Assembly: GCF_963676685.1 (NCBI RefSeq)
Contig: NC_092344.1
Span: 99,944,001-100,008,000 of the forward strand
Reading direction: 5' to 3'
From: Mytilus edulis
Lineage: Eukaryota
Length of the DNA: 64,000 nucleotides
Shown here: positions 33,942-47,600 of the stretch, piece after piece
Numbering within the stretch: position 1 is the first letter of the stretch
How the letters are laid out: every line of letters begins with the position of its first letter
The notes under the pieces: model-generated
What the model saw: only the letters and a program-made list of their open reading frames with translations
The model's database searches: none
What the model was told of the DNA's origin: nothing
Translations under genes and position numbers: made by a program

Positions 33942-36900
33942 TTAGGGTTCTTCGGTGTCGTTCAAATGTTTACCTAGACTATGAAATGAATCTGTGTCGC
34001 TGAATGGTTCGTCCTCGTCGTCCGCAAACTTAATTTGGTCCATTATTCTATGATCAAAGTGCATTCCTTTTCGTTTGTCGCTGCTTCTAGAATGTGGTCG
34101 TGCAGGTTGTTCTTCCAGTTTTCCATCGACAGATAGAATTGGATTGGCTGAGAGTTGATCTTGTAATTCTCTCAGAAATAGATCAGCCGGTAACCCTGCT
34201 TCAATAAAATTTGAAATAAAATTTATTCAGCCTTGATTTTTATTTTATTTTTCTGGGGGCCTTACGATATTTATCAAACTTAAATATTGTTGAATTGCTA
34301 TGATTTTGTACGTGAACACTAGATGATATTTTTTTCGTTCTGAGTGTCTATCATATATTCATGATATTGTATAGTAGATTTTGTCTTAATTACTAATATT
34401 AAATAACAAACAAAAAATACAGGATTGCTATATATAGGTGACGGTTATCTTTTTCATTCATTTGAAGTGTAACCGCATCAGTACATTTGAAAATAATACT
34501 ACAACAGCTTGTTCGAATCAATATTGAATAATTGAAAATAACTGTAATATTCAAGAATACCTAGAATGTTTGACATCATATTGATATCATGAAAAATCAG
34601 TTGAATCATGACATCTCCTGCAACCTCCTTGATGAATTGTAAAGTATTTCTGATGTATAATCAGCACTTGTCTCCTGAAATCACCACCACTGACTTTATA
34701 AATTAGAGACCCTAACTTTGACTTTTCATATCTAACTAGATTATTTTGTTTTTCACCAACCAAAAAAAAAAACCATTTTGTCTTGTAGAATTTCTTAAAA
34801 CTAGTGAGTTAGAATTAATTTTGGCCTCTAGAGTGGTGGTAATGTCAAATGAGTTTCGTTTATAGAAGATATTTACTATTTTTGGAAATTTGCAAAATTG
34901 CTAACGTAGTTTCGGTGAAGAAAATGATTTTCCATGGGGTTTAAATGCGAACTTAATACAATAAAAAAAAAAAGATGTGGTATGATTGCCAATGAGACAA
35001 CTCTCCAGAACAGACTAAAACGACACAGAAATTAACAACTATAGGTTACCGTACGGCCTTCAACAATGAGCAAGGCCCATACCGCATAGTCAGCTATAAA
35101 AGGCCCCGAAATGACAATGTAAAACAATCCAAACGAGAAAACTCACGGCCTTATGTATGTACAAAAAATGAACGAAAAACAAATATGTGACATATAAACA
35201 AACGACAACCACTGAATTACAGGCTCCTGACTTGGGACGGGCACATACATACATAATGTGGCTTGGTTAAAACATGTTGGCGGGATCCCAATATCCCCCC
35301 TTACCTGGGACAGTGGTATAACAGTACAACAAAAGAACAAACTATAAAAATCAGTTGAAAAAGGCTTAACTCATCAGATGGACAAACATATAAGTGGACG
35401 TGGACGAGAACTTGCACATCCCAACACCAAAAAGACAATAGGTAGTACAGATCTGAGAGTACTCGCAGTTAACTGACAACTAGTTCAAACCACCAACAAC
35501 TAATAAAAAAGATCATGCATCTAAGACTAAATTATCAATCCGTACACAACCAACATCCAATGGATTTAGTGTAAATACGTCATAAACCGTCAGAGGAAAA
35601 CATGACCTTGTGCAATGTTTGGTACATAATCGCCATTAAATTGGGATCGTTTGCCGACAAACTCAATACATGTTATACACATTTTGTCTTGTCTTTTCAA
35701 AGAAAATGTTGTTTTTTTCACTTTTCCTTTAAGATCATGTTTTTTTTATAAAATTTAAAACTAAAAAGAACTGATTGTTTAGATTTTTCATACATTGTTT
35801 CTACAAGACTAAGAAAAAAAGTGCTACAGCAGGAAATTTCGCAGTCTTTTTAATAACATTTTCCGTTTTTTAAAAGTATTTCTACTGTACACTGTGATAG
35901 GGATAGAAACTGGTTATATATTTGTTACAAAGATTCGCCAAGATATACCCTGCTAAGTGTTAGGGATGCGTTTGTGAACTCTATAGAATATTATTTTTCG
36001 GTTATAGAAGTGGATGGTATTGTTTTAACTAGAACTATTATTGCCCCCTTCTTAAGAAAAGTATTTTTTAATATGAAAACACGAATTACCAGATGTATAG
36101 TCTCCACGCTTTGCAGCATCAACGGCAGCATAAATATGATCCCCGAGTATTTGTCGGTGAACGTGCTGAAAGATAGAAAACATTATGAATTATAAAATAA
36201 TATCTAATGATGTGCGTTTTTAAAATGGCTCTTTGATATGTTTACGGTCTGATAATAATGATGTGAGGATATCTGTAAAGACAACAAAGTGAATATATTA
36301 TTCCTAAAATGACAGGTATGAACTAGAATCGAAACATTGCCTTTTACATACAGCCAACTGGGCATCATTTTAACGAGGCCATTATGAATAAAACCAGCAT
36401 TGCCTAGTTGGTCAAATTGATAACTGCATAAAATACAGCGCAGACTTGCCGACTACAGGCGCTTGGAGAATACATATCGAAATCAAAGAACTATATTTAA
36501 ATTCGATTGGATTTAACAATGACAGTATATTCTGGCCGATGACAATTTATCTTTATTTTCAAAATCCAGTAAACAGAATGGTTATTCAAGGTGACTCCAT
36601 TGTTTCACTTTTCAAATTTTACATCCTTTTCTTTTTAAAAGCGGAACATACATTATACATGCTTGACCGTTCTCTGGCTGGGTCAAAGGGCAAACTGAAA
36701 TTCGCATGAAAACAGATCAGTTTATTGACAAGCAAGCCAATTATGCTTTAGCTATGTTCTATAGCTCATTGAGTAAAAAATAAGCCAAACTGATTGATAA
36801 AGGCGGAATGTTATTTCATAATTCCGCCCCTATAAATGTTTAAAATAAAAAAAAATCTCATACATATAGCTAATGTCCCTTTACAGAATGTTGGGTTTGT

Positions 36901-39900
36901 ACATTTGTATACGTGGTACATATCCTTGTGCGTCAGCTGTCTGATTAGAGTTTTAAATCGCCCTTAAACTGTACGAAAGTGTTTAACGTTAATAAAATAA
37001 TGAAATCTTCTATTAAAATGCATTACATCTAGTTCAGATGTTTACAAAGAACTACCAGACACTTGATACATTGCAAATTATTTCAAGGCTATACTAATAC
37101 TCTATAGAAATATGTCACAGGTGTATATACTGGTGTTCCTGGCAGATGTTTCATAAAAAATAGTAAATCATCATTTCTATGTTTAGATATCCCTATTGAA
37201 CTATTGTAATGGTTTTGGATTCAAATCCGGCCGGTGGCTTCCTTTTCTGATTATTTCACATTTGGTCACCCAGGGACTCTTGCTAGCTAATTGTATATGG
37301 TATGGGGTTTTCTCAAACTTGGAAGAAAAGTTAGACAACACACTGACCAGTTGTTGTTCACGTCCTTGTCCTTTGGTCGTTAGCGGGTAATTGATTCATT
37401 GGCTGTGTTATTAAATCACTTAAAAAGTTATTTCTTTTTCCGTTTTTTATGTAGGCAGAAGCCACAACCGCGCCTTATCAAACTACACACAGACACATGA
37501 TGATCATTGTTAAAGGTTATACAGTTGCAGATATGAAACTTCATTGTTTTATATACATTTGCATATTTTATTACGCCAGTACCTTTTCTTTGGCCCATTT
37601 CAGCAAATTAACAATCGAAATAAGTTGATCTTCCATTGACAACAACCGACTACATTCTATTTCAACAGCCTCTAACTGGAACTGAGTACTAGACATGTGT
37701 TTTCTACATGACGAAAGGTCATTGCGGAGTCGTTCGATTTCCTTTAAAAGATAATGAAAAAAATGAAGCATATAGTTATATTTTACATGGATTTTATATG
37801 GCGAACATAAAATTCCAGATTCTTTCAATGACCTTGAAAATGTTGATAATTGTTAATTTCAAAGTGATTAATAAATATCATGGCATACAACGTATAAGTT
37901 TCGCAAACCTACATACCTGAGATTGTTCCGAATTAACTAATGATAGAGAATTTACATCTGCCTGTAACCTCATTAGTAACTGTCGATCCGCCATTGGTGT
38001 TGGTGACATTGTGCCATTTGGATCATCTCGAACTGGCCCACATTCTTGGTATTCATTTGGCTTGTTTTCGGACTCTTGGTTTTTATTGTACGTGGAGGTA
38101 TGCAATGATGCTTCCCCGTCACCTATTATTTCAAACAGATTGTTAGGATCATAGTAATATTGATGTATAATTTTAAACATTCGTGCATCATTATTCAGTT
38201 GCGGTGACGTATGGCTATATCTTGAAATTCTTTGACATTTAAAAAGAAAGTGAAAGACATGTTAGAAAACAAAACATTGAAACTCAAATAGTGAGAGTAT
38301 ATAAGTGAGCGCCTGTGGTTGTTTCGTTTTGTTCTGTTCTAAAGAAAGTCTTTAAAATTGTCTTTTTTTAACTTCATCCATGAGCACGCCACATTTATGA
38401 AATACGAGAAAGCATGGTCGACCTTGAGTCTAATTACTGTTTCCCTGTAGTGTTAACTATGTCTGTATGTGGACAGTCGGATGCAGCGTGTCGTTGTTAG
38501 TACAGTGAACATGCAAATGCTTTTTGCCGGTGAACAATGATCGACGTATTAAGTTATTGATATAATACTGAAATAATACTTGCCATCGTAACCGTTGACC
38601 GAAGTTGAAATAGATGAGGCATCTGACATCCAAGTGTTTATACCCGATGAAAGACTATCAGCAACAGCTTGGAAGGTTTCCACTCTAAATGTAAATGACA
38701 AAGATATATTCATCTTTAGACAATATGAAACCATGCATTGTTTTATAGTAATAAAAACAGATACCGTAGTTATGGGTTTACTCATAGAAATTTACTCTGC
38801 AGTAATTTTAAGTTCACATAAAAAAAACAAGGTTTGAAATTGAGGTTTGAAAAATAATATGTACACTATATTTTATTTTTGTTTTTAAAACTTAAAAGTG
38901 TCTGAATACTATTTTTTTCAAATCTACTTAGATGAATTATATGAAAGAAAAACAACTTCTACCGAATCAATCTGGAAATATATGTTATATAAAAGTATGG
39001 AATCAAATTACAGTAAAAAACATTGACTCGGCAGTATAGAAATATGGATCTTTAAGAGAAATTTCCATTTGGACCCCGTGTCACAACTCTGCATATGGGA
39101 ACAGTCATAACGTTTTTTTTTATTGTTACAAGGAATGCGTTGGTATTCTATTGCAAGGCAAAATGTCTGCCCTTGTCCAACACATCCTCTTTTCTATTGG
39201 CAGTCCAAATGTTCCGCTCTTCAAAACGGTGACTCAATTTCTAAAACCTATTGTGGGATTATTGTAATTTTGTTCTCGTACTAAATATTCGCCACTGGAC
39301 ATCAATCAAACAACAAACAATCACTTTCAGTGCACATGACATGTGTCTCTGTAGTTATTGCCATCCCCTATTTAATACAAAAGGTGCCAGTACGCCAAAG
39401 AATCTTGGGAATAGCGTGGACACTAGAGCTTCTTAATGTAACAGGCTAAAGACAAGTATAAAACTATCTAGCAATTATACCAACAGATAGCACGTTTTGG
39501 TGAGAATAACATTAATTTTTTATGCTACAGTAACATAATTTGTTGTTGAAAGTCAAGTTTAAATTCATCCCTGAAAAAGTCTACATCATAGAATTTACAT
39601 TATTTTGCGTGCGCTTGTTGTTATAATTGTTGTACTTTTTATTTTCTAACTTTGGTCTCCAAGCTTTCTGCATGAAAACTTATCTAGAAATGCACTAAAC
39701 TTAGAAAGTGTGATTCTGAATTCCTTTTGACCAACGAAATATTGGCATTAATTTAGAATAATAAAGACCTATTCAATGGATTAGTTGTGTGCAATTTTTG
39801 ATTGATATCAAAAATAAAAAGAAAGGATCGTATTCAGTAGTGAAAAAATATAAGGAATTGCAAAATGCATGAAATGAGGTACAGTATAATAGCATAAGAA

Positions 39901-41510
39901 CTTAACCCATGAAATGATACTAACAGTTAGTAAACAAGATAAAAACATGAATCACCACGAAGTATCTTAGCATGCAACACGTGGAGATGGTATCATATTT
40001 ATGTTTTAGAATGATCAAAAGCACAATCTATCTTCTGGAATTCTTATCTTTCAATCACTTGGGATCATCGCTAATGTAATGATTCAACTTAATAACTTGT
40101 TCTGCATGTAAAAATAGATTCCAATCAGAGAGTATACTTCTACGTAATAACATTTCAGATTTATTCATTTTGAGATAAACTGTAAGACGATTTGATTTAA
40201 GTTAAATATGAAAAAAACAAATGAAATGTATTAATCAGTCCTGTTTTGAACGATTTTTTGTTTTCATTGATTGATTGTTTGGTACTTAACGATCAGTAGC
40301 AAATATTTCTTGCAATAAGAACAGTTAGATAAACAACAAATCAACAATTAAGGCTTTGTTAAGTACGTTTAAAGGCGGGGCTAGGGACCGATAATTTGGA
40401 CTACCACTGGAAAAAGACAACTTCCATTTAGAGGCAAACACTCTGTCGTGCTATATGTCAACTACCTATCTCTTAATTACCACCATATTTATACACCCAA
40501 GATTCCCATCTTATTAGTTGGTCATTTATCCTTCATTTCATTAACATGTTTTTCACTTTCTTGAGTGAGAATGTAAATGCAAGAATGTTTAAAACTGTAA
40601 ATTAATTTTGTTAATTGAATTCGTAGTGCTAATAGAAGTAAACTTACTAGTACTATATGGTACACACAACATAAAGAAACATCAGTTATAAACGAATCAT
40701 AAAAATGATATATGATGGCAGAAATACTATTTCATTTCATGCTGAAAAAAAACCTATAAGACTGTCTTACCTGTGTATAGATTCATCGTCAGAGTTGTTT
40801 GCAGACGATAATCGACCGATACATTCTAAATCTTTAACTTTTGTCAAACATCTTTTCAAATTTTCACGTATTCGTTCGTAAACTTTAAGCATCTCATCAT
40901 ATTTCTTATCTAAGATGACATTCTTTTCTTCCAAACTGCACATTTCTCTATCATTTTCCAACAAATCATTTTGCAGTTTAGTGTTATAATGTAAGAGACT
41001 TCGAACCTCCTTTTCTCGTACATCCCGAGCATATTTCAATTCCTGAGCTAAAATTTCCAATGGTGTCCCTTCATGACTCTGGTTAAAATATGGTAAATCC
41101 CATGGACAAGAGACCCGCTTGTTATACTCGGGTTGTCTCTTTTCTGATTCGAAACTTCCTGGTTGGTCTGAAATAGCAATTTCATTTCGTTTTGATTGCC
41201 TTTCTCGATAAAATGCCGAAATGACGTCTCGAGGTGGTCGTCGTTGTGATCGGTCAACAGTAGAGCGTCGGTGAATTCCTACATAAGATCTCCTTAATCC
41301 GTCTTCATTGTGTTCTTCTTCTGCAGTTTCGAAAGAAATATCTTCAATGATACCTTTAATATCTTCTGCCAGGAGCTGGAGTTCTAACGGATTTCGCTTT
41401 AATGGCGTTCGTCTATGTCTAGATGTTCGTTGGGTTCTCTTATTGTTTGGAGATCCAATCCTTAAAGTTTGTGGCCGTGGTGGTTTTTGATCCATTGTTG
41501 ACTTTTTCAT
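33942..41510 (-). CDS. Uncharacterised coiled-coil protein, ~553 aa, 7 predicted exons
   Basis: Exons 41510-40771, 38684-38584 (GC donor), 38462-38438 (25-nt microexon), 38220-37917, 37741-37583, 36165-36090, 34198-33942. They total 1662 nt as an open frame ending in TAA. Heptad-rich segments LAQELKYARDVREKEVRSLL and EIERLRNDL. Confidence 0.68.
34970..35620 (+). repeat. Abundant unclassified interspersed repeat (AAGATGTGGTATGA.TGCCAATGAGACA family)
   Basis: Related copies at ~18800-19510, 22141-22350, 30150-30660 and 50455-50725 (+), and ~2400-2615, 4700-4895 and 43430-43760 (-). Confidence 0.75.
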
Positions 41511-42229
41511 ACCATTTTAAATATTGCAAGGTGAATGAAACATTTCAACATAACTCCTTGTAATTAAGAGACGGAAATACACTTTGATGAATAAGTTAGT
41601 TCTATACGATGTTATCTAGTTGTATAAATATATAAGTCGCATCCTGTGGTTACAGAAATCATCTTTTTTATCTTTTTTTTAAAGTCGAATCTATCATAAG
41701 GCACGTGCCAACAAGGTCGGAATAAAAAGATGTGAAATCTGATACAATCTAAGCGGAACCCCATACCGATCCTAAGATAAGACATCAGATTAATTAGATA
41801 TGCAACAACTAATTCTTTCCTTGAATATATCGGAAAACATGTTGCTGTTAAACATTTGTTTAAATCATTTAAATTTAAAAAGTTTCTATAAAATGTTCAC
41901 TACTTGCAGTTTGATAAATAAATTGAGTATGTGTATGCATTTTCCAATATGTTTGGCTTGATTAAGAAGAAATTAAAAAAAAATGTATGATGTTGGTTTT
42001 TTTTTATAATTTGAAGCAAGACGTCATCTAATGAAATTGGGTAACCTGAATTTATCTTGCTTTACCATAAAATAAGATAAAAATTTCTAAAATTGAATAA
42101 ATGGTTTTGCATTAACCATAATATCTTCGTGTAAATAAGATACACCCAGTCGTTCTAATGCCCCCATTTACGTATCTAATAATTACAGTGTTTAAATGTT
42201 GTAGCTCGTTCGCTTTGTCTGTTTTAAAA

Positions 42230-43250
42230 CCTTTACTTACTTATTTCATTAAACGAAAAAACAAATTGAATTTGAGAGTCCTGCTTTCTTTCGTTTAAAA
42301 ACTGTCCATTGTAGATATAGGTATCTTGTATTGGGGAGGGACAAATGATACTTTGTAATAACACACTGATTCGAAACATAAAATTCTCTAAAACTGACAT
42401 TACTAGTATCAAGATTCTTGATTTCTTGATTGACAATATATCTTTTACGTTTAGAGTACGTACTTTTAAAAAACAAAATTGGCATACCCATGGGGACCGA
42501 TTGTGTTCCGCTTCTTGTCGACTTTTTCCTTTATTCATATGATGTTAACTTCATACAGGAGCTTCTTATGAAGAATGAAAAGAAGGTAGCATTATCCTTT
42601 AGCGTTCTGCAACATAAATGGTATCCTCTGAAAAATTAATTCACGGTTTGATGGCTACGTTGAACGCATCTATCCCATCGAACTTGCAACAAATGACACA
42701 ATAGATAAAGTTACGTCTGTATCGTGTCTTGACTAACATCTTGAAATTGACAATGAGTATCGTTTGAGAACAAAACTTTACGACAAACAAGATGTTTCGA
42801 GCTTCCTATAATTGTAACCTTTACATTTCTATGTAGCAACAATCTAACGAAGTTTATAACTCCCATTTGATGTGATTTCCCAGTACTTGCTTTTCCTATC
42901 ATGATTTACCTGATAGTTGGTTGCTACGTACAAGGAAGTCATTAAATCAAACGTTCCATGTGGTGAAGTAGAAATAATTCCTTCAAAATATTTAACAGAC
43001 GCCACCAAGAGTTGATTGATCGTTATATGGAATATCTGCTTCACAGATGACGATGGAAAATCCTGTACACTTTTTTCTTCGATTGCAACATACCGTAATA
43101 GATTTATCACACGGTTCGTACATACATGAGCAACACGAGGGTTGATATATGTGATGCAGGATCTGCTTACCCATCCTGTACATCTGATATCACAGCGTTT
43201 TTGTAGGGATCGTTTAGGTCCCAATGGATTCGTGTTGATTAGTCTTCAGT
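42230..43250 (+). mobile_element. Degenerate Penelope-like RT relic
   Basis: ILDFLIDNI and GIPMGTDCVPLLVDFFLYSY, then a KLYDK-like segment, spread across frameshifts. Confidence 0.7.
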
Positions 43251-44662
43251 TTTCTATGTTGTGTCTTCTGTACTATTATTTGTCTGTTTGTCTTTTTATT
43301 TTTTAGCCATGGCGTGGTCAGTTTATTTTCAATCTATGAGTTTGACTGTCCCTTTGGTATCTTTCGCCCTTCTTTTAGCTTAGTCTTTGGTTTTCTATGT
43401 TGTGTTTTGTATTCTGTTTGACTTTTAATCGTTTTTAATTTTTAGCCATGCCGTTTTCAGTTCATTTTTTTTTATGTTATACTGTTACACCGCTGTCCCA
43501 TCCCATCACAAGAGAGAGTTTGGAGTCCGCAAACATTTTAACACTGTCATATTCTGCAAATGGCTACACCGCAAAGAGCCTACAAATTAGTGGTAGTCAT
43601 TTTTGGTGAATAACATATTTGATTTTCGTTTGACGTTTTATTTTATTTTTAAATCAGGTAGTTAAGTTTTTATTATTTTTTATTGTTTCATATTTCTCAT
43701 ATTTTAGCATGATATGTAAGGTAGTTTTGCTTGTTAATTGTTGAAGGCCGTACGGAGACCGTAGGTTTATTTGTTGGAATGAAATTAATGAACACGTTTT
43801 CTTCAAAATGTACGAAAAACAGAAGTTTTAACCTTACAAAGCTGCAGAAGCTCAGTAAACAAATGCGTATGACACTAACAATTTTATTGCAATATAAATA
43901 AACCAAGAGTTATACATCGCCACACATGCAGACAATACGCTGGCAAAAGAAAAGCAACAAGTTAAAAACATATAATACTGAAAACTGTAGACAGGAGCAA
44001 CACTCAACCCAAGGTTGGGAGTAGTGTTTTGGGGGTGGAAAAACATTTTTAAAACAAAAGACTATAAAATAAAGTTATAAAAAAAACATGCACCACCGAT
44101 CAGATTTTCTTTTTGAAAAGTCAGTTCACTTCATTGCTTCATAGTTTTCTTCAACAGTTGTACCCTTTAGACTTTAATATTCTGAGAAAATCCCACCGTT
44201 TATCAAATTAAATTGCTTTAATTATCCTTTCTTTTCAATCAAATCGCACCTAACGAGTTTAAAAGAGAAACATGAAAAAAAACAATAATACATACTACCA
44301 AACAAAACTTTATTGAACTATTCTAACATTTTTTTTAAAGAAACATGTCAAAACTATGCATACTTCGCTTAGATTATTATGTATAAATTTGGTGAGATTT
44401 ATGAGTATATCTATAAATAATTGATTCAGTGCTGTTAAAATATGTACCAGAAATAATCTGCATTTAGCATATTAAAATGCAAACAAATGTGTTTTATTAT
44501 AAATATGTTGATAATAATTACATGACAAATTACTTGTAAATAGTTATAACAATTATTACTACCCAGTGAATGTATCGTGTTTTGCGCAATTAGATAGTAC
44601 GTATGATGTCATATATAATTTTGATCATAAATGGACGAATTTCTTTCTGTGTTTCCTAAACT

Positions 44663-47600
44663 TTAAGCAAACAGTTTTCTTTTATGAAGACGAGGTTGTT
44701 GCTTTCGAATCATCTCCATTTCATCCAAAAGCTGTCGCTCTCTTTCTCTTAGTTTTCTGGTTTCATCATCTCCAACATTTTTAGCTGACCTCAGTTGACC
44801 CAATTGGCCTTTCACCCTGTCAAGTTCTTTTCGAAGTCTCTCAACATCAGCTTGTAGTGTAATTTCCAGCTCTAGTCGTTTTTTCTCTTCTTCAGACAAA
44901 CGGTCTCTCTCGTGTTTTAAATCATCTGTGGTTTTTCTTAATTTCATTTTCAAATTACTGATATCAGCTTCCATTCTTTTAAGTTCTTTTTCTTTTGTTT
45001 CAACAGAATCAGGTCTACTTTTGACAACTCGTTCTTTATCTAGTTTGGCTTGTAGAATTTTCTTTTCAAGACGGAGTTGTTTTAGTTCCCGTTCTCTCTT
45101 GTTCAATTCCTCATTAAGTTCTCTAACCTTTGTCATTTTGTTGTCAAATGCTTGCTCTGCTGCTTTTACTGCCATGTTTTCGAATTCAGGTTTTAACTGC
45201 GCAATCGCCATCTTGACCATCTGTTTTGTAAACGTTCCAACAATTCTGTAAAACACAATATGTCTAAATGGTCAAATAAATTTTGGTCTTTTTTTTTTAT
45301 AAAAAGTATTTGATTAGTTGTAACAGCATGTATCACCTACTCGAATACTATTATTAAATTTATTTAACTATTAAAACCCTGTCTGTCATGTTGTTCATTC
45401 GTTAAAAACTGTTGATGATCTTATAATACTAACATCATCAAGGAGTGTTCTTTAAGAATTGTGTTAGGTCCAAATGCTGCGAGACTAAATACAATTTTGA
45501 AACGCAACAAAAACTCGTTGAGATTCAAGTGTAGATTATACATTCTAATGGGAAAACGTGAAACAGAAAAAAAGACACATATCTCTCTCTTACATTTCAT
45601 TATGTTATCGACCAACATACAATGTGTTAGGTAGGAATAAGAGACTCGGATAAAACAAACCAATTTCCAATCGCGGAATGAGTGGACATACCCGATACTT
45701 CTTCTGAATTCCTGAAACTCTTTGCCTTCTTCTTCTGTCATAAATTCAAGAGCATGAGTAACATGATCTAAAACATAAAAATATATTTCAATTGATATAT
45801 TAATTTTAGATTGCAGTGAATAGGAGCTGGGTGTATAAATGTCCTGGGCATTTCAAAGAAATAACTTTCCAAGGGTGCCAACCATTTAGACTTTTTTATG
45901 TATCAATTACGATGAGACCAAATGTGCGTTTATGTTCATGTTATTTCTAATTCCATAGACAATTTGTATTCAAGAAGAACGCGTATCATTGCGTCCTTCC
46001 CTTTCCACCCCACCAAAAAAAATGACCAGACTTAAGTGAGTACATGGTTACACAACCTTAGTTTTGCAAGAGATTTCGTAAGGAATTGTACGACACATGC
46101 TGCAGGACGACAATATTGACAAGTCTAAATCTCCTGACATGAATATTGTCAACAAGTCAACAACGCATCTCTGTGGGATGTTTTTATAAATCGAAATACC
46201 TATATTCATTAATTGGAATCACAACTTATGAAATAAAACGAGGATTGTACTAGGTAATGAAATAAACGCGAAAAAGAAGACGTAGATAATATTTCCGAAT
46301 GGTTCCATGAGCACTCATGCTTAATCTATTGCAAGGAAACAAAAGATAGCTAAAAGTAAAATAACAAAATTATAGAACTCCAAGGAAAAATTCAAAACGG
46401 GAAGTCCCTTATCAACCACCTGTGATACCTCCATGAAAGTATGTTGTTTTCTAAACGATAAATTAGAGCAATAGTAGTTTAACGATTTTCTTATAGCATA
46501 AATCGATTAGAAAGACAAATCAAGGTACCTATAAACAAAAACTGAGGGAATCGCAGGAAATCCATAACGACAGATACAGGGACCATCTACAAATCCCGAA
46601 AAACATTGTTTGTGTATGTTATTATCATAATAACATTACATTAACTGCTTGGAAATTGAATGAGTTATTGACAACATTTACTTGGAAACTCACCAATACT
46701 TTCATGATACTTGCAAAAGAGGAAATCCCTAACAATCAGGACTGTTCTACGTTCCTCTTCAATTTCAACAAAGGGAAGAAGTGAAATTTCCTTCACTGTA
46801 CCCGGTACCATAGTTACAAACGTGTTAAGACAAACAACGTTATATAGCTCTTTCTTCTTGCAATAGTAAAAAAATACTTCTTCATCATTTACACTAGTAT
46901 TCCCCATTTTAAACTTAAAGACAGATTACGAATTAGTTCAGTTTTCGTTCAATAAAAATATGGCAAACGTATGTACACCTTTCTGGTTTTAAGAAGGGAT
47001 AAATTATATAAACTGACATCATCTCCTTGTGTAGTTATTCTAATAATCGGGTGAGGCAGATTTCATACATAGCTTCTCAGGAAGAATGAAAAGAAGCTTG
47101 CATTATCCTTCACGTGCTGCTATGTAGATGATGTACTATCACTAAATAGTTCAAAGTTTATTGACTATTTCTGAACGCAACTATTCAATTAAACGTGAAA
47201 AGGGGTTACCATAGATACAGATTAGTCTGTCCAATATTTTGACTATATCTAGAAATTGACAATGAATTTAGGTCGACAACAAAGCTTTACATCAAACGGG
47301 ATGATTTCAGTTTCCCAATTGTAAACTTTGTATTTTTAGGTAGCAACATCACAGCAGCGTCCTAATATGAAGTATGTATATAAACTCATCATAGATACCA
47401 GGACTAAATTTTGTATATACGCCAGACGCGCGTTTCGTTTACAAAAGACTCATCAGTGACGCAGTTGTAAGCAGTTAATTTATAATTATAACCATATCAA
47501 TGATAATTCATGTCAGCACAAAAGTGCTGACTACTGGGCTGGTGATACCCTCGGGGAAATAAATCTCCACCAGCAGTGGCATCGACCCAGTGGTTGTAAA

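Noticed and set aside
36668-36694. Candidate small minus-strand exon
   Set aside because: Phase does not fit the flanking phase-0 exons (immediate stop).
40089-40101. Candidate minus-strand exon after a good acceptor at ~40102
   Set aside because: Gives a stop after 3 codons in the required phase; kept only as a possible alternative terminal exon.
47531-47593. Plus-strand CTGGTGA...GAAA resembling a second hammerhead
   Set aside because: The core deviates from CUGANGA and stems I/III do not form. G-U pairs and the UUCG loop favour folding on the minus strand.
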